A stretch of 64,000 nucleotides of DNA, taken from positions 732,026-796,025 of the forward strand of contig CAVOYW010000005.1 of NCBI GenBank assembly GCA_963700755.1. The letters are read 5' to 3'. Shown piece by piece: positions 1 to 13,713 of this stretch. The notes beneath the pieces are model-generated. The model made no database searches, was not told the origin of the DNA, and saw only the letters and a list, made by a program, of their open reading frames with translations. The DNA comes from an uncultured Acidimicrobiales bacterium (GTDB lineage Bacteria > Actinomycetota > Acidimicrobiia > Acidimicrobiales > SZUA-35). Position numbers and translations under genes: made by a program. Numbering within the stretch: the stretch's first letter is position 1; every line of letters begins with the position of its first letter.

Positions 1-1
1 C

Positions 2-187
2 TCGACCGAAGGGACGGGAACGGCGATCGATCGGCTCGACGGGCTCACCGTCGACCTGGGTGACTGGTGGTTCAACCTGCGGCCGTCCAACACCGAGCCC
101 CTGCTCCGGCTCAATCTCGAAGCCGCAACCGAGGCCGATGTCGCGGCACGAGTCGCCGAGGTCCAGGCCGTGATGGCGAGCGTCTGA
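2..187 (+). CDS. phosphomannomutase/phosphoglucomutase family protein, C-terminal fragment (5' end outside window)
   Basis: Frame-2 translation ...GDWWFNLRPSNTEPLLRLNLEAATEADVAARVAEVQAVMASV* carries the RPSNTEP C-terminal signature of alpha-D-phosphohexomutases. TGA at 185-187. manA starts 5 nt later. Confidence 0.8.
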   Translation, partial: STEGTGTAIDRLDGLTVDLGDWWFNLRPSNTEPLLRLNLEAATEADVAARVAEVQAVMASV

Positions 188-191
188 GTCC

Positions 192-1424
192 GTGCCCGGC
201 GTTCCCGAGTTCATCGCCGCACCGCTCGATTGCCCGATCCAGCGCTACGCCTGGGGACGTCCGGGGGCCCTGTCCGACCTCCTCGGCATCGAGGCCGATG
301 GTCGCCCCGAGGCCGAACTCTGGATGGGAGCCCATCGCTCGGCGCCGAGCGTCCTTCCCGACGGTCGGAGTCTCGCCGATGTGATCGCCGAACGCAGCCT
401 GGCCATGATCGGCTCGGGCGTCGCCGAGGACTTCGACGGTCTCCCGTTCCTCTTCAAGGTCCTCGCAGCCCGAGTGCCGTTGTCGATCCAGGCCCACCCG
501 GACCGGGTCCGGGCCCGGGCCGGGTTCGCCCGAGAGAACGCGGCGGGCATCGATCGTGATGCGCCCGAACGGGTCTACCGGGATCCGAATCACAAGCCCG
601 AACTGATCGCGGCGCTCACGGTCTTCGAGGGCAAGTGTGGGTTCCGTCCGCTCGACGCCACCCGACGGCTCTTCGCCGTCTTGGACCATCCGGCGCTCGA
701 TCCCATCCGGGACCTGCTCGGCGTGCGGGCGAGCGACGACGCCTCGATCCTGGCCGAGACGCTCGCATGGCTCCTCCACCAGCCCGCCCCGGAGGCGCAG
801 GTCATGGCCCGCGCCGTTCCGGTGGCCGCAGCGGCGCTCCTCGCCTCGGGACGACCCGAGGCCAACGAGTTCCGGGCCGATCTGATCGCCTGTGGGACGG
901 TGGCCGACGCCTTCCCCGGGGACGTGGGTGGTGTCGTGGCCCTGTTGCTCAACCATGTGGTGCTCCAGCCCGGTGAGGCGCTCTTCCTCGATGCCGGCAA
1001 CCTCCACGCGTACCTGTCGGGTATCGGGGTGGAGCTCATGGCCAACAGCGACAACGTCGTGCGAGGTGGACTGACACCGAAACACATCGACGTCGAAGAG
1101 CTGCTGGCCGTCGTCAGCTGCGATCCTGCTCCGGCGCCGATCCAACGACCGATGGGGGCGACCCACACCTACGAGTCACCGGTCGCCGAGTTCGCCCTCA
1201 CCCGACTGGTCGACCTCGAGCCAGCGGCCGATCCCCTGGAGGTCGCCGGTCCCGCCATCGTGTTGGCCACCTCGGGTCACCTCACCCTTCGGGTCGCCGA
1301 GCGCGAGCAACGGCTCGATCGGGGCGTGCCGGCGTTCCTGGCCGCCGACACCGGACCGGTGACGGTCACCAACGTGGGTCTGGCATGGGTGGCGAGGCCG
1401 GGCGCTAGTCTGACCGGGTCCTGA
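192..1424 (+). CDS. manA: mannose-6-phosphate isomerase, class I
   Basis: 410-aa ORF with QRYAWG, ELWMGAH, LPFLFKVL, SIQAHP, YRDPNHKPE and NSDNVVRGGLTPKH motifs typical of type I PMI. Confidence 0.9.
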   Translation: MPGVPEFIAAPLDCPIQRYAWGRPGALSDLLGIEADGRPEAELWMGAHRSAPSVLPDGRSLADVIAERSLAMIGSGVAEDFDGLPFLFKVLAARVPLSIQAHPDRVRARAGFARENAAGIDRDAPERVYRDPNHKPELIAALTVFEGKCGFRPLDATRRLFAVLDHPALDPIRDLLGVRASDDASILAETLAWLLHQPAPEAQVMARAVPVAAAALLASGRPEANEFRADLIACGTVADAFPGDVGGVVALLLNHVVLQPGEALFLDAGNLHAYLSGIGVELMANSDNVVRGGLTPKHIDVEELLAVVSCDPAPAPIQRPMGATHTYESPVAEFALTRLVDLEPAADPLEVAGPAIVLATSGHLTLRVAEREQRLDRGVPAFLAADTGPVTVTNVGLAWVARPGASLTGS

Positions 1425-1460
1425 CCCTGGCCCCGCCGGCCCCGACCCCTAGGAGCCCTC

Positions 1461-1697
1461 GTGGCACTCGATCCGACTCTGCTCGAAATCCTGGCCTGCC
1501 CCGAAGACAAGGGTCCTCTGCTCTACTTCCCCGACGAGTCGATCCTCTACAACGATCGCCTGCATCGCGTCTACCGAATCGACAACGACATCCCGGTCAT
1601 GCTGATCGACGAGGCGACCACCGTCGACGACACCGAACACGACCGGCTCATGGCCAAGGCCGCCAGCGAGGGAATCTCGCCGACCTTCGCCGTCTGA
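1461..1697 (+). CDS. Trm112/YcaR (UPF0434) family protein
   Basis: 78 aa. LLEILACPEDKGPL...NDIPVMLIDEA pattern of the Trm112-like family. Sits between manA and the SIS gene. Confidence 0.75.
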   Translation: MALDPTLLEILACPEDKGPLLYFPDESILYNDRLHRVYRIDNDIPVMLIDEATTVDDTEHDRLMAKAASEGISPTFAV

Positions 1698-1710
1698 ACA
1701 GGACCCCACC

Positions 1711-2760
1711 ATGAACACCACGCCCGACACCGACCGGCTCGACACTCTCGGCATGTGGGACGCCATGCTCGGGCTCCCCGAACAGATCGAGGCGTCGCTG
1801 GCCGCCATCGGCTCGATCAAGGGACTGCCCGACCCCTCACGGATCGAGAACGTCTTGATCCTGGGGATGGGCGACAGCGGATTCGGCGGCGACGTCGCTG
1901 CGGCCTGTGCCCGTCCGTTCTCGCCTCACCCGATCGTGGTGTACGGAGGCTACCTGCCACCGTCGTGGGTCGGTCCGCATTCGCTGGTGATCGCGTTGTC
2001 GGCGTCGGGTGCAACCGAGGAGACGCTCGAGTCACTCGAAGCAGCGGTCGAAGCCGGAGCCCCCCTGGTCGCCGTGACCAACGGTGGCGAACTCGCGGCC
2101 CTGGCCCGTCGGGCCGGCGCTCCGGTGTTGCCCGTGGCATCCGAGGCGCTCATGCCCCGGGCCATGCTCGGGGCCCTCGCCGTCCCGGCCATGATGGCCC
2201 TGGAGGAGATCGGGGTGTTCCCGGGGGCTCGGGCCTGGCTCGGTCATGCCACCGACCAGCTGAAGACCCGTCGCGAAGAATTGCTCTCGGACCGGAGTCC
2301 GGCGAAGGAGATCGCCCGCAAGGTCGGCCGGACGATCCCGATCATCTACGGAGGTGGTGTCATCGGCACCACGGCGGCGAAACGATGGAAGATCGCGTTC
2401 AACCACAACGTGAAGTCGCCGGCGTTCTGGGCCCCGATGCCCGACCTGTGTCACAACGAACTGGTCGGGTGGGGCCAGAACGGCGACGTCACCCGCCAGA
2501 TCTTCACCCAGATCCAGCTGCGCCACGACGGCGAACACCCCCAGACGGCCCGACGTTTCGCCTACGTCGAGGCCAAGACGCTCGAGGTCATGGCCGACAT
2601 CATGTCGGTCGAGGCACAGGGCGAGGGGTCGGTGGCCCAGTTGCTCGACCTGATCCTCGTCGGCGACATCACGACCCTCGAACTGGCCGCAGCCGAGGGT
2701 CTCGACCCCGGACCCCTGCCGATCGTCGACGATCTCAAGACCTGGCTCGACCAGGGCTAG
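1711..2760 (+). CDS. SIS-domain bifunctional phosphoglucose/phosphomannose isomerase family protein
   Basis: 349 aa, Gly/Ser-rich SIS-like core (LILGMGDSG..., LSASGATEET). Conserved position in actinobacterial man clusters. Confidence 0.7.
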   Translation: MNTTPDTDRLDTLGMWDAMLGLPEQIEASLAAIGSIKGLPDPSRIENVLILGMGDSGFGGDVAAACARPFSPHPIVVYGGYLPPSWVGPHSLVIALSASGATEETLESLEAAVEAGAPLVAVTNGGELAALARRAGAPVLPVASEALMPRAMLGALAVPAMMALEEIGVFPGARAWLGHATDQLKTRREELLSDRSPAKEIARKVGRTIPIIYGGGVIGTTAAKRWKIAFNHNVKSPAFWAPMPDLCHNELVGWGQNGDVTRQIFTQIQLRHDGEHPQTARRFAYVEAKTLEVMADIMSVEAQGEGSVAQLLDLILVGDITTLELAAAEGLDPGPLPIVDDLKTWLDQG

Positions 2761-2779
2761 TCCCCTGGGCCAGGATGCG

Positions 2780-3562
2780 GTGATGACCGGATCCCTCCCC
2801 CCTGAACTCGTCGGCGTCGTCGTGGTGACCGGTGCCGGTGGCGGCATCGGCCTGGCCACGGTGGCCAAACTGGCCAAGGCCGGTCACGCCGTGATCGCCA
2901 CCGATCTCCCGGGCACGGGGCTCCAGGCCGCATCCGGCATGGGTGAGCACGTGGTGGCCGTCGAGGCCGACGTCACCTCCCAGGCCGACTGGGAAACCGC
3001 CCGCGACACCGCGCTCGAGCGATTCGGCCGGATCGACGGTCTGGTCAACAACGCCGGGATCGAAGGGTCGGTGACCCCACTGATCGAGTATCCCGAGGCC
3101 ATGGTCGACCGGGTGTTCGACATCAACGTCAAGGGCGTCTGGCGGGGCATCAAGACCTTGGCGCCGGTGATCGCCGCCTCCGGTGGAGGCTCGATCGTCA
3201 ACCTGTCGTCGGTCGCGGGCCTGTCGGGGGCCAACAACCTGAGCATCTACTCGGCATCGAAGCACGCCGTGATCGGGCTCACGAAGTCGGCCGCGCTCGA
3301 ACTCGCCCCCGCTCAGATCCGTGTCAATGCCATCTGTCCGTCGCCGATCCAGACCCGCATGATGCGGTCGCTCGAGGATGCCATGAAGGTCGACGGGGTC
3401 GACGCCGACATGATCCAGGCCGCGGTCGCCGCGTCGATTCCGCTCGGCCGCTACGGCGAACCGTCGGAGGTGGCCGATCTCATCGTCTTCCTGCTCTCCG
3501 ACGCCGCCCGGTTCCTCAGCGGCACCGCGATCCCCATCGACGGAGCGATGAAGGCCCGCTGA
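2780..3562 (+). CDS. SDR family oxidoreductase
   Basis: TGAGGGIG Rossmann motif, NNAG, and catalytic YSASKHAV (YxxxK). Confidence 0.85.
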   Translation: MMTGSLPPELVGVVVVTGAGGGIGLATVAKLAKAGHAVIATDLPGTGLQAASGMGEHVVAVEADVTSQADWETARDTALERFGRIDGLVNNAGIEGSVTPLIEYPEAMVDRVFDINVKGVWRGIKTLAPVIAASGGGSIVNLSSVAGLSGANNLSIYSASKHAVIGLTKSAALELAPAQIRVNAICPSPIQTRMMRSLEDAMKVDGVDADMIQAAVAASIPLGRYGEPSEVADLIVFLLSDAARFLSGTAIPIDGAMKAR

Positions 3563-3570
3563 TCCGAAGG

Positions 3571-3642
3571 GGCCGCCGAGTCCATCGGGGTCGCCGAGTC
3601 GATGGGGGTCGCGGTCTCGACCGGGGTGGCTGAGTGGATCGG
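3571..3642. repeat. four degenerate 18-bp tandem repeats in the SDR-ahcY intergenic region
   Basis: ggccgccgagtccatcgg / ggtcgccgagtcgatggg / ggtcgcggtctcgaccgg / ggtggctgagtggatcgg, read directly from the sequence with strict 18-bp phasing. Confidence 0.7.
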
Positions 3643-3771
3643 CTCCCGACCGATGCCGGTCGTGCCCGCTACCCTTGGGGCGACGAGTGGCTGCCTGATC
3701 CGGCCAGTGGGCCTCAGCCTTTCCGAAGCGGCGCTGTCGACCGACGCGCCATCTCTGATCCCGGAGCTCAC

Positions 3772-5247
<1,476 letters not shown>

Positions 5248-5327
5248 GCGGGCCGAGCGGCAACGCCGGGTGACCGGGCTGCGCCGCGGGCCGATCGGGT
5301 GTCACAGCGGCGTCGTAGGGTTCGGTC

Positions 5328-5978
5328 GTGTTCTTCGACCGAACCTGCCCGGGCTGTGGTGAGGCCTCGAACTCGGTGTGCTCGGCCTGTTGGGCAGCCC
5401 TCGTGCCGGCGGCGCCCCGTCGGCTCGAGGGCGTCGCTTCACTGATCGCCCTCTTCGAATACGACCGACACTCGGCGTCGGTGATCCTGCGGGCCAAGAA
5501 CGGCGGCGGGAGGCCTTTGCTGCGGCGGTTGGGCGAGGCGATGGCCCGGGCGATCGACGCCGTTGACTCCGTCGGGGCCATCGACGCCGTGACCTGGGTT
5601 CCGGCCTCCCGATCGCACGAACGGGATCGCGGCTATGACCAGGGAAGACTGTTGGCCCGGCCGGTTGCTGCCGCGCTCGGGGTGCCGGCCCGCAACCTGT
5701 TGCGTCGGGTCGACGAGGCCTCCCAGCAGGGTCGGGGCCGTACCCAGCGGCTCGATGGTGCCGTGCTGGTCGCCCGGCGCCCGGTCGGGGGCCGTCTGGT
5801 GCTGGTCGACGACGTGGTGACCACCGGTGCCTCACTCGAGCATGGGGCCTGCGCCCTCATCGCCGCCGGCGCCGATACCATCCATGCCGCAGTGGTGGCG
5901 TCTGTCACCCGAGATGGGCCTGACCGGGTCGGTGATCGACCCTATGGTGAGTCCCGAATGAGCCATTGGTACCCATGA
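5328..5978 (+). CDS. comF: ComF family phosphoribosyltransferase-domain protein
   Basis: N-terminal CPGCG...CSAC zinc-finger-like motif and C-terminal PRTase motif LVLVDDVVTTGASL. Conserved comF-hpf-secA order. Confidence 0.75.
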   Translation: MFFDRTCPGCGEASNSVCSACWAALVPAAPRRLEGVASLIALFEYDRHSASVILRAKNGGGRPLLRRLGEAMARAIDAVDSVGAIDAVTWVPASRSHERDRGYDQGRLLARPVAAALGVPARNLLRRVDEASQQGRGRTQRLDGAVLVARRPVGGRLVLVDDVVTTGASLEHGACALIAAGADTIHAAVVASVTRDGPDRVGDRPYGESRMSHWYP

Positions 5979-5990
5979 AAGGGGTTTCTC

Positions 5991-6551
5991 ATGGAGGTCA
6001 CGGTCAGCGGTCGCCACACAACGGTTTCGGAGTCGCTCCGCCAGGTGACGGTCGAGAAGATCGGACGTCTCGATCGCTATCTCGCGGGAATGGATCGAGC
6101 CGAGGTCCACTTCTGGGAGGAGAAGAACCCTCGAATCGGTGACAAGGAACTGTGCGAGGTGACCATGGAGGGTCACGGTCACCACGTTCGCTGCAAGGTG
6201 GCTGCACCCGATTCGTTCACCGCCGTCGATCTGGCGGTCGAGAAGCTCGAACGCCAGCTCCGCAAACTCAAGACCAAGGTCAAGAAGCGCGAGCAGGCCC
6301 ACACCAAGATCGACGTGGCCGACGAACTCGTGCCCGAGACACTGCTGACCGACGACGAGCATCCCGAGCCGATCTACAGGATCGTCAAGAGCAAGTCGTT
6401 CTCCCTGTCGACGATGCACCCACCCGAGGCTGCGCTCCAGATGGACCTGCTGAACCATGACTTCTACCTCTTCGTGAACGCCGAGACCCAGCAGGCCGCG
6501 GTCGTGTATCGCCGTGACGACGGCGACATCGGACTCATCGGCGCCGACTGA
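5991..6551 (+). CDS. hpf: ribosome hibernation promoting factor (long form)
   Basis: 186 aa. N-terminal RaiA/HPF fold (MEVTVSGRHTTVSESLRQ...KLERQLRKLK) plus C-terminal dimerisation domain (FYLFVNAETQQAAVVYRRDDGDIGLI). Confidence 0.9.
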   Translation: MEVTVSGRHTTVSESLRQVTVEKIGRLDRYLAGMDRAEVHFWEEKNPRIGDKELCEVTMEGHGHHVRCKVAAPDSFTAVDLAVEKLERQLRKLKTKVKKREQAHTKIDVADELVPETLLTDDEHPEPIYRIVKSKSFSLSTMHPPEAALQMDLLNHDFYLFVNAETQQAAVVYRRDDGDIGLIGAD

Positions 6552-6556
6552 AGGCC

Positions 6557-6587
6557 GGTCGGGACCCGATCCCATCGGGTCCCGACC
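6557..6587 (+). terminator. stem-loop immediately after hpf (candidate intrinsic terminator)
   Basis: Perfect 14-bp inverted repeat ggtcgggacccgat-ccc-atcgggtcccgacc, 6 nt after the hpf stop. No U-tract, which is common in high-GC actinobacteria. Confidence 0.55.
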
Positions 6588-6655
6588 CGTGGCTCGACAC
6601 GGTGGCACCGATCGTGGGGTCCGGGCACGCTGGGTGAGGCTGTGTCGAGAAGGTG

Positions 6656-6685
6656 TTGACGTGCACTGTTGGCATGGACTAGAGC
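6656..6685 (+). promoter_or_regulatory. candidate sigma70-like promoter upstream of secA
   Basis: TTGACG (6656-6661), 18 nt spacer, TAGAGC (6680-6685). A ccgagg SD-like element lies 5 nt before ATG 6705. Weak -10. Confidence 0.25.
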
Positions 6686-6704
6686 CGGTAGACTCCGAGG
6701 CCAG

Positions 6705-9585
<2,881 letters not shown>

Positions 9586-9651
9586 CGTCGCACCGTCGCC
9601 GCCGACCCCGTTTCCGTCCCCTCCCGTCCGAACGAATGCCGACCCTGTCTG

Positions 9652-10786
9652 ATGCCTGATCTCTCCGATGCCATCGCTCGCCTGCGGACTTCGCTGTCCG
9701 AGGCCGAGGACTACCTTCGCGTGGGTGAGCTCCGGGCGCGGCTCCCGCAGCTCGAAACCGAGATGGGTCGCCCCGATCTGTGGGACGACGTCGGCCCGAG
9801 CCCGAGAGGTCCAGACCGAGTTCACCCAGGTCAAGGAAGATCTCGAGCTCTACGATCGTCTGGCCGGCGGGCATCGACGACGTCGAGACCCTGTGGAGCT
9901 GGCCGAAGAGGAGGGCGACGCCGACTCGTTGGCCGAGGCCGAGCGGATGATCGCCGACGTTGACCGAGTCGAGTTCGCCGCAACTCGAACTGCGGGCGCT
10001 GTTCACCGGCGAGTACGACGAGGGCGACGCCGTGTGCGAGATCCACTCCGGAGCCGGCGGCACCGATGCCCAGGACTGGGCCTCGATGCTGTTCGAGATG
10101 TACAAGCGTTGGGCCGACAAGCGGGGCTTCTCGCTCGAGGTCACCGAATGGCAGGACGGCCAGGAGGCCGGGCGTCGGCAGCGTCGGGTTCACGATCAAG
10201 GGTCGCTACGCCTACGGTCTGCTCCAGGCCGAGCGAGGTGTTCACCGACTCGTTCGCATCTCGCCGTTCGATTCCCAGGCCCGCCGGCACACCGCCTTCG
10301 CCTCGCTTCGGCGTGGTGGCCCGACATCGAAGACGCCGCCGACCAGGTCCAGATCGACGACAAGGATCTGCGCGTCGACGTCTTCCGGTCCTCGGGTGCC
10401 GGCGGACAGCACGTCAACACCACCGACTCGGCGGTTCGGATCACCCATCTGCCGACGGGCATCGTGGTGTCGTGCCAGAACGAACGCAGCCAGCATCAGA
10501 ACAAGGACCGTTGCATGCAGATGCTGTCCATGAAGCTCGTCGATCTCGAACGGCAGAAGCGGGAGGACGAGCTGGCGGCGGAGGCCGGTGAGTCCAAGAG
10601 CGTGGAGTGGGGCAGCCAGATCCGTTGCTACGTGCTCCAGCCCTATCAGCAGGTGAAAGACGAGCGGTCGGGTCTCGTGTCGGGCAATCCGGAGGGCGTG
10701 TCGAACGGCGACGTGACGCCGTTCATGGAGGCGTGGTTGCGTTGGCGGCGAGCCCGCAGACCGCACTGGAGGTCGGAAGCGCATGA
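9652..10786 (+). pseudogene. prfB: peptide chain release factor 2, at least 7 frame changes
   Basis: RF2 sequence is recoverable only by hopping frames: MPDLSDAIARL...DLWDD | ARAREVQTEF...YDRLAG | IDDVETLW | ELAEEEGDAD... | [12 protein letters not shown]...QEAG | [29 protein letters not shown] (SPF motif) | ...SGAGGQHVN (GGQ)...FMEAWL | ...TALEVGSA*. TGA 10784-10786 overlaps the ftsE ATG. Confidence 0.85.
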
Positions 10787-11468
10787 TCAAGCTCGAAGAG
10801 CGTCACGAAGGACTATCCGGGCAAGACCGTGGCCCTGCGTATCGGCGTCGGCCGACATCGCCAAGGGTGAGTTCGTGTTCCTGGTCGGTCCCTCGGGATC
10901 GGGCAAGTCGACCTTCCTGCGGCTGATCAACAAGCAGGAGGATCCCGACCGACGGGCGGATCTTCGTCGCCGGCAAGGACATCGGTCGAGCTGTCGTCAA
11001 CTGGAAGGTCCCGATGCTGCGCCGCAACATCGGCTGTGTCTTCCAGGACTTCAAGCTCCTGCCCAACAAGCACGGTCGCCGAGAACGTGAGCTTCGCCCT
11101 CGAGGTGATCGGTCGGCCCCGTCACGTCATCAAGAACCAGGTGCCCGCCATCTGTGACCTGGTCGGGCTGGGCGACAAGGTCGACAAGTACCCCGACCAG
11201 CTCTCGGGAGGTGAGCAACAGCGCGTGTCGATCGCTCGGGCGTTCGTCAACCGGCCCCTGATCCTGCTGGCCGACGAGCCGACCGGGCAACCTCGATCCT
11301 CAGACCGCCATCGGCATCATGCGTCTGCTCGACCGGATCAACAAGACCGGCACCACCGTGCTGATGGCCACCCACGACCGCGGCATCGTCGACACCATGC
11401 GCCGACGGGTCATCGAACTGTCGCACGGCGACATCGTCCGAGACCAGGCTCGCGGCGTCTACGAGTAG
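10783..11468 (+). pseudogene. ftsE: cell division ATP-binding protein FtsE, at least 5 frame changes
   Basis: MIKLEE..., GPSGSGKST (Walker A), [16 protein letters not shown] (Walker B) and C-terminal ...[12 protein letters not shown] are spread over three frames. Confidence 0.85.
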
Positions 11469-11477
11469 GAGAAGCAC

Positions 11478-12385
11478 GTGATGGCACTGCGAGTCGACTA
11501 CCTCGCTGCGGGAGACGGGCAACAACCTCGTCCGCAACCCCTCGCTGACCATCGCCACGGTGCTGACCGTGGCGGTGTCGCTTTCGCTGCTCGGCGCCGC
11601 CCTCGTGATCCGTCAGGGCGTCGAGGGACTCAACACGCGGTTCAAGGACGACGTCGAGTTCATCATCTGGGTCGACCCCGAGGCATCGACCGAGCAGCTC
11701 GAGTCGCTCGACCGCGCCCTGGCCGATTCGCCGGGGGTCAAGGACTACCGCTACATCAACACCGAGGAGACCTGGGCCGAGTTCCAGGAGTTCTGGTCGA
11801 GTCACCCGAGGTGCTCGAAGCCGTCACGCCCGAGCAGCTTCCGACGTCGTATCCGGGTGGTGCCCCAGATCGCCGATCTCGCCGTGGTCCGGTCGCTCGG
11901 TGACGCGTTCGAGGGCCTCCCCGGGGTTCGCAAGATCGACTTCGCCGGCGAAGCGATCGAACGGGTCGAACGAGTTCACCAGCGCCGCGTCGAGCATCAT
12001 GTTCGCTCGCCGCGCATCGCGGCCGCCGTCGCGTCCGGTCTGCTCATGTACAACTCGATCCGTACGGCACTCTTCGCCCGACGGCGTGAGATCGAGGTGA
12101 TGCGTCTGGTGGGCGCGACCAACACTCGTTCATCCGGCTGCCGTTCATGTTCGAAGGGCTGGCGCAGGGCCTCATCGGTGCCGGCGTCTCGCACCCTCGC
12201 GGTGTTCGGTTTCAATCGCTTGATCCGCAACGCACTCGACCGAGACCGACTTCCGGCTGTTCGACAGCTTCGCCCTCGACGTCGGCCAGCTCGTTCCCGG
12301 TCGCCCTGATCCTGCTGGCGTGTGGGCGCCGTGATCGGTGCGCTCGGCTCCGGCATCGCCGTCGTCGCGTTACCTCGACGCCTGA
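11478..12385 (+). pseudogene. ftsX: cell division permease FtsX, about 10 frame changes
   Basis: Segments [47 protein letters not shown]..., SPEVLEAVTPEQLPTSY, RVVPQIADLAVVRSLGD..., NSIRTALFARRREIEVMRLVGATN, FIRLPFMFEGLAQGLIGAGVS and ...RYLDA* alternate among all three + frames. Confidence 0.8.
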
Positions 12386-12398
12386 CCGACCGGCCGGG

Positions 12399-12702
12399 TC
12401 AGAGCTGACGCACCGCGGCAGTGGTCGCCGCGGCCAGCGACGACCACCAGCCAGAACGGCGCCCGCAGAGAGGCGGCGATTCCGCCGAGGGCGACGCCGG
12501 CCGCTCGGGCGTCGACCACCAGCGTCCCGCCGGTGTCGAACGTCGCCGTCGACGATCAAGGCCGCGAGCAGGGCGGGCGGGAGCAGGCGACCGAGCGCCG
12601 ACGACGGTGGGGGAGCCGCCACCCGGGCGAACCCGAACATGCCGGCCGCCTTTGAAGGCGTAGGCCCCGGCGGCCAGGAGGAGCAGGGCCGTCCAGCTCA
12701 TC
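12399..12702 (-). pseudogene. azlD: branched-chain amino acid transport protein AzlD, frameshifted
   Basis: MSWTALLLLAAGAYAFK | AAGMFGFARVAAPPPSSALGRLLPPALLAALIVD | TFDTGGTLVVDARAAGVALGGIAASLRAPFWLVVV | LAAATTAAVRQL* across three minus frames. Its ATG overlaps the azlC stop (ATGA). Confidence 0.65.
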
Positions 12703-13400
12703 GGGACGCCATGGCGGTCACGAGCGGTCCTCGGGAAGGGTCCGAAGACACCGAAGGCGACGACGGCGCCGACGGCCGCGGCCAGCACCGGGATCCCGGG
12801 CCGGGTGAAGGGGATGCGACGCAGCGGCGATCCCGGCGCCGGCGACGGCGGCCAGCAGTCCGGAACGGTGTCGCAACGCCGGCATCATCAGGGCGATGAA
12901 CCCGGCCGGGAACGCGGCATCGAGACCGAGCGCAGTCGGATCGCCGATGGCGTCGCCGCCGAGGGCACCGATCAGCGGTGCCCAGGTTCCAGAAGACGAA
13001 GACCGAGATCCCGCCGGACCAGAACGCCGCGTGCCGATCGCTCGGCTCGGGTTGGGCCAGCCCGAGCGCGGTCGACTCGTCGATCGTCAGATGGGCAGCC
13101 AGGGCTCGTCTACCCCGACTGGTCCCGGCCGGCATGAGCTTCGACACGCTGATGCCGTAGAACCCGTTGCGGGCAGCGAGGAGCAGCGCCGAGGCCAGCG
13201 CGGCGGCCGGGCCGCCCCCGGCGCCGATGACACTGGCGGCGGTGAACTGGGAGGCGCCGGTGAAGACCAGCAGTCGACATGGCGACGGCCTGGAGAACGC
13301 TCAGTCCACTCGTGACGGCGAGGACGCCGAAGGCCAGACCGAACACGCCGACGGCCAGTCCGAGCACGATGGCATCGCGGTGGTAGGGCCGGTCCATCAC
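12698..13400 (-). pseudogene. azlC: AzlC family branched-chain amino acid permease component, frameshifted
   Basis: MMDRPYHRDAIVLGLAVGVFGLAFGVLAVTSGLSVLQAVAMS... then ...SKLMPAGTSRGRRALAAHLTIDESTALGLAQPEP...FWSGGISVFVFWNLGT... in other minus frames. Confidence 0.65.
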
Positions 13401-13508
13401 TGGTGGAGGCTACGGCTCCGACCCGGCCTTGCGCGCCGTTTCGTGATGGCGTCGCCCAGGGTCGCTGCGCTATGTTCGGCGACGGCCCGCAACACAGGAG
13501 AAGCGATC

Positions 13509-13706
13509 ATGCGTATCAAGGTGGATTCCGAGAAGTGCGAAGGGCACAATCGCTGCTATTCCATCGCGCCGGAACTGTTCGACGTCGACGACTACGGGTA
13601 CGCCACCGAGAAGGGCGATGGGGTCGTGCCGGCCGAACTCGAAGAGAAGGCTCGGCTGGCCGTCGACAACTGCCCTGAGTTCGCCATCACGATCATCGAG
13701 GAGTGA
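13509..13706 (+). CDS. ferredoxin (3Fe-4S type, P450 redox partner)
   Basis: 65 aa MRIKVDSEKCEGHNRCYSIAPELFDVDD...AVDNCPEFAITIIEE. aggaga SD upstream. Sits immediately upstream of the P450. Confidence 0.85.
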   Translation: MRIKVDSEKCEGHNRCYSIAPELFDVDDYGYATEKGDGVVPAELEEKARLAVDNCPEFAITIIEE

Positions 13707-13713
13707 GGAGCCC

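Noticed and set aside
111-1166. 351-aa minus-strand ORF (and similar long antisense ORFs at 7107-8372, 13693-15501, 23992-26163, 28727-30331, 40601-42133, 56688-58112 and 62799-63980)
   Set aside because: All lie opposite genes with clear family motifs. Their translations are low-complexity Arg/Gly/Pro/Asp strings. They are an expected artefact of stop-codon scarcity at about 70% GC.
9700-9730. Programmed +1 frameshift site of prfB
   Set aside because: The region homologous to the E. coli CUU UGA C site reads gac tac ctt cgc gtg (DYLRV) with no in-frame stop. The many frame breaks in this prfB are elsewhere, so they are not the programmed event.
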